Source: Macrostomum lignano | Taxonomy: Eukaryota | Direction of reading: 5' to 3' | Length of the DNA stretch: 49,686 nucleotides | NCBI GenBank assembly: GCA_002269645.1 | Contig: NIVC01000116.1 | Coordinates: 1-49,686, forward strand | Shown: piece after piece, positions 11,813-23,739 of the stretch | How the letters are laid out: every line of letters starts with the position of its first letter | How positions within the stretch are numbered: the stretch's first letter is position 1 | Made by a program: the position numbers and the translations under genes | The notes under the pieces: generated by a model | Told to the model about the DNA's origin: nothing | The model's database searches: none | Seen by the model: only the letters and a program-made list of their open reading frames with translations

Positions 11813-13152
11813 TTAGTCAATAATGGAGTAGCCAATGGAGGCCGTGTTCCGGAACCGCTGCTCGCAGGCAAAGAAGCTGATTGTTCCAAAGCAGCCGAAC
11901 ACAACTAGAAGCAGCAGCTGCCACTGCATCAACAGGTACGTGCTGTAGAAAAACGCAATCGAAGCGGCCGCTGACTGGAAGAACTTGAACAAGGCGAAGG
12001 CCGGGGCGCTCTGGCTGGGGTACACGCAGCCCAGCACAGAGATCAGCTGCGTGTTGTAGCAAGCGTCACCGAAGCCCAGAAGGAAGGCACCGACCAGAGC
12101 CGCGGCCGGGTTCGCCTGCAGAAAGTAGATTCGCCCCGACGTATCCCGAATCGGAGAGTCCATCGGCAGATTCACAAAGGCCAGGTAGAAAGTGCAGGTG
12201 TGAACCAGGTAGCCCAGCAACACAACCGGGTCTCTGCCGAACTTATTGGTAAATTTACCCAAGATGCTGAACAGGAAACCGGCCAAGATCTCCCCAGCTG
12301 CGATGGCGATTCCCGATTGGCCAATCAGGCTGCTCACGCTGTCGCCGAACTGACGGGTGTGGTGCAGCATCGTGCCGTACACACCGGACATGAAGGTGAG
12401 CTCAAGCCCGCTGTAGATGAAGGTGCCGATCAGCAGCTGCATTGGGGTGTCCCTCAGCAGCTGCATTGACTGGCGCAGAGTGTTCACCACGATACTCGAA
12501 GCGACGGTCGGTCCAGCGTAGCCAAGTCGGCATTCACTGATGCGTCGATGTCATCGTCATCTGACTGAGCAGTTCTGCTCCGGAAAAGTAGCATGAGAGC
12601 GCTGCCGCAGCAGCCCACGATCGTCAGAATGAGGAACAGTTTCCATCGGTCATCAGAGCTGATCTCGGGCTTACCGCTGAATGACAGCGTGACGTACAGA
12701 TTGCCCCAGAGGAGGCTGGTCTGGAAGATCGCCCAGAACAGACCGCTGTTGCGGCCCATGGTTTCAGAACTCGAATTGGCGGTGAGAAAAGCGCCCTGAG
12801 CTGTCCAAATCACAGCTGCAGCGATCCCTAGCAACACAGACCCGAGATAGAGGCTCCACAGAGCGGGGCGCAGGAAGGAAGCGCAGAATGCGTTGTAAAT
12901 CAAGGCCGATGCAATCATGGACACCTTGGCGCCTAGCAAAGCAACGATCATTGGCGAGATCCAGTTGAACACAGCGAACACCAGGTAGATTATGGACAAG
13001 GACTTGTAGCCGGCACCAGTGAAATCTTGTCCAGTATCATTCTGAGCAGCCTCGAGTACCGACTCCTCCAGCATGCCGGTGGTTTGAAACGCGGTGAAGA
13101 CCAGCATGAAGCTCAGGCTGAGAGTTAAAATGTTGAGCAGAGCCCAGTTCAT
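11813..13152 (-). CDS. MFSD11: UNC-93-like MFS protein (MFSD11-like), intronless, with one 1-bp frameshift near 12495
   Basis: ORFs 13152-12484 and 12490-11813 join into about 446 aa: FMLVFTAFQT, GAAVIW-like AAAVIWTAQGAFL, NSGLFWAIFQTSLLWGN, GLELTFMSGVYG, LGFGDACYNTQ, APAFALFKFFQS. No intron at the junction (PSLR-SIVVNT restored by +1 nt). Confidence 0.88.
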
Positions 13153-13877
13153 GTTGGCTTTGTATCATGCATGTAGATGCGCATTTTGACATTTCATTCA
13201 ATCGAGGTTAGCGGCTTTCAATCACTATAGCGGTTAAATAGAAAGAGTTTAATGCTTAGTACGAGTTTGGGTTGAAGGTTCTGTCAGTTCCAGATGTTTT
13301 TTCAATGACTTCGTGGAAATTGAACCAATAAATAAACTAAATTTTGACGACAATAGTCGCATATTTGGTAGGGCTAAACTACCGTCTGATGCACAATTGC
13401 TACCCTTTGCCAATTCTAGAGTCTAATAGCAGTTTGATAAGTTCTTATTCAAAGACAAAAATCTATTTGTAACAAAATCTTCAAGAAATAATTCCGAAGG
13501 CCAGATGAAGTCGTGTGTAAATATCTAAAAAACGAGTGCATTCTACGCAATCAAAAGACATCTTCTGCTAAACAATGTGGAGAAACAATGTTCATCTTTC
13601 TGACGATGATTCACTGGCTCAACAGATTACAGGTAAATGCATACTTAAAAGTATCTCTGTCGATGTAAATATTTTTAGTGGAAAGACAAAAAACACAATA
13701 TTCAATATATCAGTACATAGTTTACTAAAAAAGCATATACGATAAAAAAGTAAATTATTTAAAAAATCATAATACTGCATGTTACGACTGTTTAGCTGAC
13801 AGGCAAGCCTTTCCTTCCAAGCCAAGCGTCTTATGGCCAATGTGATCTGTCAGTAGAAATTTTACGTCAACCCAAAT

Positions 13878-14348
13878 TTACGGTAGAAATTTCTGGCGCA
13901 TGGTTTTGGAGTTGGAATTCTGAGTAACAAAGACCCCTTGAGCTGTCCCGATCACTGCGGCAGCGATCCCCAGCAACACAGATCCAAGGCAGAGGCTCCA
14001 CAGAGCAGGGCACAGGAACGAAGTGCAGAATGCGTTGTAAACCAAGGCCGATGCAGTCATGGACACCTTGGCGCCAAATACGGTCACGATTATTGGCGAG
14101 ATCCAGTTGAGCACGGCGAACACCAGGTAGATAAAGGACAAGGACCTGTACCCACATCCAGTGAAATCTTGACCGGTTTCCCTCTGAGCAGCCTCGAGCA
14201 CCGACTCCTCCAGCATGCCGGTGGTTTGGAAGGCTGTGAAGACCAGCATGAAGCTCAGGCTGAGAATTACAATGGTAATTAGAGGCCTGCCCATTCCGGC
14301 CTTCGATCTGGAAGGCATTTTATCAGAAAGTTTAGATTGGATGCTCAT
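13878..14348 (-). pseudogene. Truncated 5' duplicate of the MFSD11-like gene
   Basis: LSLSFMLVFTAFQTTGMLEESVLEAAQ is shared verbatim with 13152-12484. Similarity stops at NSNSKTM and AT-rich sequence follows. Confidence 0.82.
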
Positions 14349-14534
14349 AATTGTGATTTTGTTTGACTGTTCTAAATTCGCTACGAGTACAACTGAATTA
14401 TCAATTTGCTGAAAATGGCTTCTCTAAATTGCGAGGCTAAGACTGATCATGGAATGAATTTTTGAAACGCTGTGTACTGGCAATTTTTATGGTAAAATAA
14501 GTCACAATTTTGTAAGGAATTCACGGGCAATTTT

Positions 14535-15515
14535 GTGAGATGCTAGAGGCAGTTTTGTGAGAGATGTTACTGGCAGTTTTGTGAGAGATGTTACTGGCAG
14601 TTTTGTGAGAGATGTTACTGGCAGTTTTGTGAGAGATGCTACTGGCAGTTTTGTGAGAGATGTTACTGGCAGTTTTGTGAGAGATGTTACTGGCAGTTTT
14701 GTGAGAGATGTTACTGGCAGTTTTGTGAGAGATGCTACTGGCAGTTTTGTGAGAGATGTTACTGGCAGTTTTGTGAGATGCTACTGGCAGTTTTGTGAGA
14801 GATGTTACTGGCAGTTTTGTGAGATGTTACTGGCAGTTTTGTGAGATGTCACTGGCAGTTTTGTGAGATGCCACTGGCAGTTTTGTGTGAGATGTTACTG
14901 GCAGTTTTGTGAGGAGCTACAGGCAGTTTCGTGAGATGCTACAGGCATTTTTGTGAGAGATGCCACTGGCAGTTTTGTGAGATCCCACTGGCAGTTTTTT
15001 GAGATGCCACTGGCAGTTTTGTGAGATGCTACAGGCAGTTTTGTGAGAGATGCTACAGGCAGTTTTGTGAATTGTGAGATGCTACAGGCAGTTTTGTGAA
15101 TTGTGAGATGCTACTGGCAGTTTTGTGAATTGTGAGATGCTACTGGCAATTTTGTGAGATGCCACTGGCAGTTTTGTGAGATGTTACAGGCAGTTTTGTG
15201 AGATGCTACAGGCATTTTTTTGAGATGCAACTGGCAGTTTTGTGTGAGATGCTACAGGCATTTTTTGAGATGCAACTGGCAGTTTTGTGAGGAGCTACAG
15301 GCAGTTTCGTGAGATGCTACAGGCATTTTTGTGAGAGATGCCACTGGCAGTTTTGTGAGATCCCACTGGCAGTTTTTTGAGATGCCACTGGCAGTTTTGT
15401 GTGAGATGCAACTGGCAGTTTTGTGAGATGCTACTGGCAGTTTTGTGAGATGCTACTGGCAGTTTTGTGAATTGTGAGGAGCAACTGGTAGTTTTGTGAG
15501 ATGCTACTGACAGTT
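14535..15515. repeat. 22-24-bp minisatellite with a divergence gradient
   Basis: Unit actggcagttttgtg(ag)agatg(t/c)t; homogeneous on the left, more degenerate rightwards. Confidence 0.95.
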
Positions 15516-16026
15516 TTGGGTACTCTGATGTAAATAATTCTACAATACTCGTAGTTAGAAGTAAAAGTACACTAAATCGAAAATGGACAAAAAACCCTGA
15601 ATTCGAATGGAAAGCTTTGAAATTTATTATAAACAGTCGTAAAAACAATTTATTATTTCTTAAAGCATGATCACAGAAGCGCAAATAAAAAACTGAGCAA
15701 AAAGAGAAATACGCAAAAAACTGGCATGCCTCAAACAGACCGCAGAATCAGCAGCGCTTGCTTGGGACGGATTGTGTGGCAAGCCAGGATTTTGGGGCAC
15801 ATTAGAAAATAAAATTTCACGAATTTCATCCAAAAGCAATGCAGAATGCGAGAACAAGTTTGTAGTAAAATTAAAGGGAAAATATCATTATAGTTATTTA
15901 TCTGCAAACTAAAAACTTTCTCAGTCTAGAAAAAAGATTTAAACATTTTTTCTTTATAAAATTTGGCAGTTTTGTTACTTAATTAGGTTTAGGGCATTTG
16001 AGCGATTCTCACGGGTAGTTTCAGGA

Positions 16027-16565
16027 TGAATCTTAAGATTGGTGTAGGGACGAATCTTAAGATTGGTGTAGGGACGAATCTTAAGATTGGTGTAGGGACG
16101 AATCTTAAGATTGGTGTAGGGCGAATCTTAAGATTGGTGTAGGGACGAATCTTAAGATTGGTGTAGGGCGAATCTTAAGATTGGTGTAGGGACGAATCTT
16201 AAGATTGGTGTAGGGACGAATCTTAAGATTGGTGTAGGGCGAATCTTAAGATTGGTGTAGGGACGAATCTTAAGATTGGTGTAGGGACGAATCTTAAGAT
16301 TGGTGTAGGGCGAATCTTAAGATTGGTGTAGGGACGAATCTTAAGATTGGTGTAGGGACGAATCTTAAGATTGGTGTAGGGCGAATCTTAAGATTGGTGT
16401 AGGGACGAATCTTAAGATTGGTGTAGGGACGAATCTTAAGATTGGTGTAGGAACGAATCTTAAGATTGGTGTAGGGATGAATCTTAAGATTGGTGTAGGA
16501 ACGAATCTTAAGATTGGTGTAGGGATGAATCTTAAGATTGGTGTAGGGACGAATCTTAAGATTGG
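16027..16565. repeat. 24-bp minisatellite A
   Basis: Unit gaatcttaagattggtgtagggac, with some 23-bp copies. Confidence 0.97.
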
Positions 16566-17055
16566 TTCAGTGGCGATTCTCACTGGTGGTTCAGTGGCGA
16601 TTCTCACTGGTGGTTCAGTGGCGATTCTCACTGGTGGTTTAGTGGCGATTCTCACTGGTGGTTTAGTGGCGATTCTCACTGGTGGTTTAGTGGCGATTCT
16701 CACTGGTGGTTCAGTGGCGATTCTCACTGGTGGTTTAGTGGCGATTCTCACTGGTGGTTTAGTGGCGATTCTCACTGGTGGTTTAGTGGCGATTCTCACT
16801 GGTGGTTCAGTGGCGATTCTCACTGGTGGTTTAGTGGCGATTCTCACTGGTGGTTTAGTGGCGATTCTCACTAGTGGTTTAGTGGCGATTCTCACTAGTG
16901 GTTTAGTGGCGATTCTCACTAGTGGTTTAATGGCGATTCTCACTGGTGGTTTAGTGGCGATTCTCACTGGTGGTTCAGTGGCGATTCTCACTGGTGGTTT
17001 AGTGGCGATTCTCACTGGTGGTTTAGTGGCGATTCTCACTGGTGGTTTAGTGGCA
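16566..17055. repeat. 24-bp minisatellite B, abutting array A
   Basis: Unit gtggcgattctcactggtggtt(t/c)a. Confidence 0.97.
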
Positions 17056-17237
17056 AGTTCCATAAGATTTTGGTAGATCTAAAGTCTAGACCATCTAGGA
17101 ATGAATAAGGCGGACATAAATTTGAAGCATCAATTAACAAGCATTAAAATCTGAATTGAGATCAAAGGTCTTTCACACAAAAACTGTTGTTAAAAGAAAC
17201 AAACAGCCTAGAGTCTTCACTGTGCGACAAACAGCTG

Positions 17238-18629
17238 TCAATCAAATAGTGACAGGCCCTCGTCTTTCTCCTCCTCCTCATCTCCCCGCTCCCTGCCAGC
17301 AGCTCTGTCGGCCTCTGCGCTGCCAATCTCGCTCCTGCCAACGTCAGCGAGCAGGTTGGCCTGCAGGCTGGCAATGAGGGCTTCGTCCGCAGAATTTCTG
17401 CCCTCGCTGTCCTGCTCGCGAGCGGCCACGGACATGAGGATTGCCTCGCTGAGCAGCTTGTCGACCTCGCCAGATACGTACTCGTGAGTCTCGGGCGTCT
17501 GCAGGCGGTCACTGCCGGGCAGCCGGAACAGATCTGGCAGGTTGTCAGCGTCAGCATCTACGGCTGCTGATTGCTGAGCTTGCGGCTGCTCCTGCAGTGT
17601 CTGCTGCAGCTGAGACGCCATGTCGCCGTTGTGCGCATCCTCCCACTGGCCCTGGCGGGTTTTAGAAAGACTGATGACAGGTCATCGCGTCGATTTTGAT
17701 TTTGATGATGGTAGATAACGCTAAATTGCGAGGCTGCACTACTATCCTAGAATATAGTAGCTTTTATTTTAGCACTTTTTGTAACTCGGCGTTTTTCAGC
17801 CAGTCGACAGCCCACTGCAAATTTTTGGCCTTCTATATAAGAAACTAGGCGGTTGTAGCCTATTGGTTAGCCTAGAGCGTCAGATTCACGACTTGAAGGT
17901 CGGGGGTTCGATTTCCGATCCCACTGGAACAATTTGTGTCCTTGAGAAAGACACTTAACTCTGCATTGCTTCAGTTCACCCGCCATGTAAAATGGGTGCC
18001 AGCATTAGCTGGGGTAATTGAGGGTGTGTGTGGCGACCCCCCAGTCCTTTGACTGCAGCTGAGCTGTCGGTTGCACATCACTCATTATTATTATTATTTC
18101 TTCAACTGCTCTGCCTTTGTGACCGCCTTGGCACTATAAAGGCCAACTGCCATTCGCTCACCTGCGTGAGCCGGAACGTGTCCCCGGCGCCTCCAGACGA
18201 CGAGGCAGTCAAACTCGGCGCCGGGGACAGCGGAGGCGCAGCGGGCGATTCGGCGGCTGTCGCTGGTGCGCCACCTGCTGAGCCTCGCTGGCGGACCCGC
18301 TGCTGCATCAGCTCCACGCCCTGCGTCTCGTACGCGGTGCCGTCTCGAACGAACTCCAAGCGGTGAGGGCTGCGCTTCGGGTGCAACGGATAGACGAACG
18401 TCTCCCAATTGAGGTTGGCGACGCCAACTTCGATAGCTCTGGCCAGGTGCTGCTTGATGAAGGCCACGTGATCCTGCGGCTGCTCAACCATCAGGACGGC
18501 GACTAAACTGCGAAACAGCTGGGGAATCCGGTGCCTCTCCAGGTACTCCACTGCGCCTTGCCGGCAGAGCTCCGCATAGCCGAGTACATCCGGGCCCATC
18601 ATCGTCTGAGTGGAGTCCGCTGCTGACAT
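17238..18629 (-). CDS. Two-exon protein (about 293 aa) with an N-terminal RIIa/Dpy-30-type dimerization-docking domain
   Basis: Exon 18629-18162 (donor cag|gtgagc) joins in phase 0 to exon 17651-17238 (acceptor ccag|ggc). EYLERHRIPQLFRSLVAVLMVEQPQDHVAFIKQHL matches the D/D pattern YLxxHxIxxLFxxLxxxLxxxxPxDxxxF. Acidic C-terminus. A tttttag acceptor lies just upstream of the ATG. Confidence 0.78.
17848..18070 (+). mobile_element. tRNA-derived SINE with a CORE-like central domain, in an intron
   Basis: A-box gttgtagcctattggtt, B-box ggttcgatttcc, then tgtgtccttgagaaagacacttaac...tgtaaaatggg. Second copy at 20055-20369. Confidence 0.8.
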
Positions 18630-20054
18630 ACTTCAAGGCTGGCTAAAAAAGAGCTGACAGGCAGGAGTGAGAAAGATTTGCTTTGCTGAGTTTTAGATCT
18701 TTTGTCAAGATGTCCCCCCCCCAGTGAAAATGAGGTGTCATGTATGTCATGTTTGCAAGAATATTTCTTCCAGTGGCTATTCTGAGTGTGCACATGATTG
18801 GTGCTGACTGGCATCAATTTTATGATGCTAAATTTACATAAACATTCACAAGTATAGATTTCATTTTGGCATCAAGATTATAGGCCCATAATTTCAATGG
18901 AAAACCAAGTAAGTTAGGTGAAAGATTGGAACTAAAATCTGTGATATGCCTACCTAGTTAGCTAGAAAACCCCCATTTTCTTATAGGGCAAGAATTAAAC
19001 ATTTATATCATAACAAATGATGCCCGCTTCAGTATTTTAAGCTTAGATAAAACAAAAATTCCTTTATCTAGGCATTTAGATATTCTTTTTCTATCATTCA
19101 ATTATATTATATTAAATCATTTTAATGTACCAATATTCTATCTTTAATAAAAATTCTTTTAAAAAGCACTTGTTTATTATTAGACTACAGATGTTAGTAT
19201 AGAATAGTATAGAGATAGTATAGAAAAACCATATTAAATTAATTTTCCTCTCATCTTAGTAACACAATAAAATACAAGTTTGACTATGGCAAAAAACTCT
19301 TACAAATGAAATAGCTTGTTTGACAACTAAAATTTTCAGTTTTAAAAACCAAATATCCTAGATAGAAATATTAAAAAACCAATAGGTATATATTTATTTT
19401 AATAGGTTTTAAAACTATATAAATAAACTAGTTAGCAAAAGTCAAAACAAATACTATGAAATTTGTTTTGAAATTTGTTTTGAAATTTTTACCTATTTCA
19501 CAATAAAAAGCTTTTGCTTTGGGGCAACTTGGAAACTAAATAAAAAGAATAGATCCTAGTGAAAAGTCCAAAGTTTTTTTAGAATAGAGCCTGTTATTTT
19601 TTCTTTGGCTGGTGGTGGCAAGTGGCCAGGCTTGCACTGCCATTACTCTAATGGATTACCTTATTGCTGACTTGCAGGTACTTGAGCTGACCCCTCAGGC
19701 TGCTGCTGCCTGCCCCTCCCACCTATTCTATGAGTGCATGCAATTAAAAGCCTTATAGGATTAGATACGTATTTCTTGCTTTTGCGATAATAAAAATCTT
19801 TTTTAAACACACACGTACTTATGCAGATATTGGCAAGTAATGCTTAATAATTTCTTTACAACAGTATTAACGTATAACCAGATGTTAACTTGTTGCCTTC
19901 TGTTAGCCAATACAACCTTTGTTCCAGACAATTTTTTTATTTGAGAATCTTTTTTTCAAGCGCTTCAAAGACGTATTTAAGGACATCCAACTTTTGTTGC
20001 ACAGGTACAAGCTAATACATTTTAATTTACTTGTAATAATACATGTAATTGATT

Positions 20055-20369
20055 ACACCTGCTGCTACCGACCAGCTTAGCCGCAGCTATTGCGTGGCGC
20101 ATCTGAAGGCTGCGTACGGCTGTTCAGTCCAAGTACTGGGGGGTTGCCACATACACCTTCAATCATCCCAGCTAATGCTGGTAATTAACTATTTTACAGG
20201 TGGGTGAAGCACATGTACATGTATTTACATGTATACTTACTACTGATGAAGCAATGCAAATCAGTTAGGTGTCTTGTTCAACGACACAAATTGTTCCAGT
20301 GGGATCGGGAATCGAACCCCCGACCTTCAAATCGGGAGTCAGGCGCTCAAGTCACTGGGCTAAAACTCC
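20055..20369 (-). mobile_element. Second, inverted copy of the same tRNA-derived SINE
   Basis: Reverse complement reads ttgaaggtcgggggttcgattcccgatcccactggaacaatttgtgtc...cagcattagctggg...gtgtatgtggcaacccccca, matching 17890-18045. Confidence 0.8.
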
Positions 20370-21035
20370 CTTGTTTTTATTACTTAGCGTCTTAAGTAAC
20401 CTTTAGTAGTACATGCACATGCATAAACCACGGTAAAATGGTAGCTCATGGGCTTTCGGTCATCAACTAATTAACCTTTAACTTGTGTTGGTATTAATTG
20501 AAAAATGGAATATCATAACAGCATTCTCCCAAAACTGCTGCTTGTACTGTACATGCGTATGCATCTATAACGCAAATTATTGTAGTGTAAATATTATGTA
20601 AGTAACCACAGTTGCTTTTGATTGTACATGTTTGGTAACCCTTATGTGTATGCAATGAATATTGGTCACGGGAAGTTGTCCTCTGCTAGACATTGTCCTC
20701 GCAAGCTAGGCTGCACTTGGGCACACAGAGTGTTGAATGTCAACGAGCTTTCATATGTGTGCTGCATGGCAATGCTAAACTTGCGTATTGCTTACCCACC
20801 GATCAAATTTTACTGAAGCCTACAGCTCTTAAAAAAGGAGACAATTTACGGGGGCAGCAGATTAAAGTACACGGTTCAGAGATGCTCTTTAAATTGTATA
20901 CAGCCGTTGAATAACGGTACTCTCCTTAGCTAAAAGACAGCATATGTGCAATTAGGCCATTTTAAAGCTACGTTGGAGCATTTCATTACAGTGTGAAACT
21001 GCAAAAAATGTTTCAGGAAACCCAAAAGCAGCTCC

Positions 21036-23271
21036 ATGGCAGTCTATGGGACAAAGGAGTGCAGCCATCTGCGATGCCTCAAAGCGGGAAACCTGGACGC
21101 CATCGTTGATGCAGTTGTACCCGTCGATGCGGCCGATTCAAGGCCGGTTGACTGCCAGCACATGCACGCTCTGCTCACAACCTATCCAGCTTTTGCTACG
21201 GATCGCGAGCTGCTGGCGTCGATTGTTTACAAGTAAGCTGATTTTCACGTCTCACATACATGAATGCACACGTACAGTAGCTGTAGGTGAAACCAGTCAT
21301 TTTAGTTCTAACTTGAGAGCCTATAGCTATATATTTGTCAATATGAATTCGAATTCAGGCAATTCGATCTTTCCAGGCTTGAAATTTGCGCCAACAGCGA
21401 CTCGAAACTGGCCAAGCGCAGGAGAGAGGCACTGTATGCAACGTTAAAGGAGTTCCTATCGATCCTTTTTGACAGACCTTCAAATGAAGTCTTCGCGACG
21501 GTGAAATCAAATCAAGCAGTTGCAGGTAACAGAGCGCGCGCGCAAACTACCGAAACAATCGAACAATTGCCCACCTCTAGGAACGCTCTGATCCCAACTG
21601 AACAGTCAGACCTATCTATCGAGCTAGCGAAAACATCAGCGACAGTCCGAGCGGAAATCGTATCTGAAGATGAAGAAGCTGCATCACAGACACCACTCGA
21701 GTCTCTTCTCCATCGCTTGCAGAATCTGCAAAGGCCTTTGCCTTGGTGTCTCGTCAGCCTAGTAGCAGACGTCCTCAGTCGAAGGCCACAAAGCCAAGCC
21801 GAGATCGCCTGCACACCGCCATCACCCGTCCGTCGCCGGCGCTTAGATTGGGACTCGCTCGACAACCGGCAAGTGGCTGAGCAGCTGACTCGCCAGGACG
21901 CCAGCCTGATGCTTCGGCTTCGACTGCACGAATGCCTCGGTGTCTTCTGGGGCAGGCGTCAGTCGCCAAGCGTCAGCGCTACGGTCCAACAGTTTAACAG
22001 AGTTTGCGGCTCCGTTACGGCCACCGTCGCTGGTGGCGTCGGTAAGCCGTCCAGGCGGCAGTCGGCAGAGCGGTGGCTCGATATCTATGGACTGCTGCTG
22101 GCTCGAAGAAATTTTGCCTCAGCGTTCGCCATTGCTTCCGCGCTCAACTCGGAGCCGATTCGCCGGTTGCTACCGACGCACTTGCTAGATAGAGTGACCA
22201 ACTCCAGCCGTGGCGTGGCTTGGCTCATCAATCCGGATGACAATTTTTCCGCGCTTCGTCAAGCCATGGACGGAGCGGCTGGTGGCAGCACGCTAAACCT
22301 GCCCGATCCTGAGTCTGCAACGGTGCGTTCGATTGTTTGTAAACATCATACTGCTTCACTTGGATAGAAGAATTAAATGCAGGTCCCACTCATCAGTTCA
22401 TGCATTCCCGGTTACAAATCAAACCTTCCTTGTGGGAAATCCAGAATGTCTTCTTTGAATGCACTGCAAATGCATAGAAGCTGGTATATTCGTTTAGATA
22501 AGGTATTAACCGATGATAAATCTATATCAGGCTATGCAGTTAGAAGCAATGATATTAATATGTACAACGTGTAGCCTATTTACTGCACTGCCTTCACTGT
22601 AACTATCGCAGTGAGTATTTTGTTCGAAAACTGCGCAGTTGCCCATCCATGGCATTTAGAAAAGGTCAGAGTGGCTTGCGCGTGTAATTTCGTAATTCCA
22701 TTAACCTGTTGCATATCAGTCCTTCTTCGAGGCGCAGCATTTTGTTAGCTGATTGCGAAATATTGGAACAGCTGCTACTTTCGGCTGGGCTGTGTCAACT
22801 GCTGACGAAAGTGCTCATAGCTATAGATAGAAAAGCAGATTCAAAATGTACTTTGACATTATTCATCACGTCACTCCATTCGGAGCTCTTCACAAATCTG
22901 CACTGCAGTTGCCGCGCGGCGAGCAGGAGGTGGGGACGATCCCATTTCTTGGCGTGTTCCTCACCGATCTGGAGCGACTTCACAGCTCCATGCCGGACAG
23001 GCTCAGCAATGGCCTCATCAACTTTGAGAAGCGCCTGCGCGAGTACAGCGGAGCTCTGGCCAAGCTGCGGCTGTACCAAATCTCCTGCCGGCGGTACCGC
23101 TACCCCGAGGACGCGGGCTTCGATCACTGGTTCTACAGCGTGCTCAAGCCGATGCCTGACAGAGAGGCTGTTCACGTCAGCGGAGTTTTGCTGAACTTCT
23201 ACAGCCGGCAGTTGGACCGACGGGGACAGCTCGAGGCACCTCCCAGGCCCAGAAATCGGTGCGAGTCCTGA
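21036..23271 (+). CDS. RasGEF of RalGDS/RGL type (REM plus CDC25 domains); termini uncertain
   Basis: Exons 21036-21232, 21476-22322, 22909-23271 are phase-compatible. CLKAGNLDAIV...LLTTYPAFAT (REM); QVAEQLTRQDASL, RNFASAFAIASALNSEPIRRL, GTIPFLGVFLTDL, NGLINFEKR (CDC25). An acceptor tttcag at about 21016 suggests a further upstream exon. Confidence 0.85.
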
Positions 23272-23739
23272 GATGTACAGTGTACATGCCTGAGCGCTCT
23301 GGTAGTGGACAACTCTAGTAGCAGGCCACTCGAAGGTCTTCAGTTTTCACCTCTACAGATTCCCAAAGTCTCAGCTCCATGACTCCAGAAACTTGTCACA
23401 AATCCCAAGTTTGTCGATAAAGAACTGACACTTTTTTTGGGAGCTCTGCTTTGTTTGTTGCGTTTGTAATGCGAAAATTCAGAAGGTGAAATAGTGGGCT
23501 CCAGGGAGATCAAAATCATGAGATCTCGAACTTTAGTGTTGAACTCGCAGAGTTTTCCAAGCTTTTCTCTAACTGTCGTTCTTAAAATTTTCTGTTACAC
23601 ATGCAGGACAGCTGGACTGCCTACACAGACAGTTGGCCTTCGTCATGTGAGTTGCGCTGTTTCAAGGAAAACATGGAGTTTGAGTCGGACACATTGAGTC
23701 ATTAAAAGTTTTGTGAAATATGGAATTCGAGACATAGAC

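Noticed and set aside
17848-17925. Genuine tRNA genes here, at 20290-20369 and at 27148-27215
   Set aside because: Cloverleaf pairing is imperfect and each continues into a SINE body (repeated copy or TSD-flanked).
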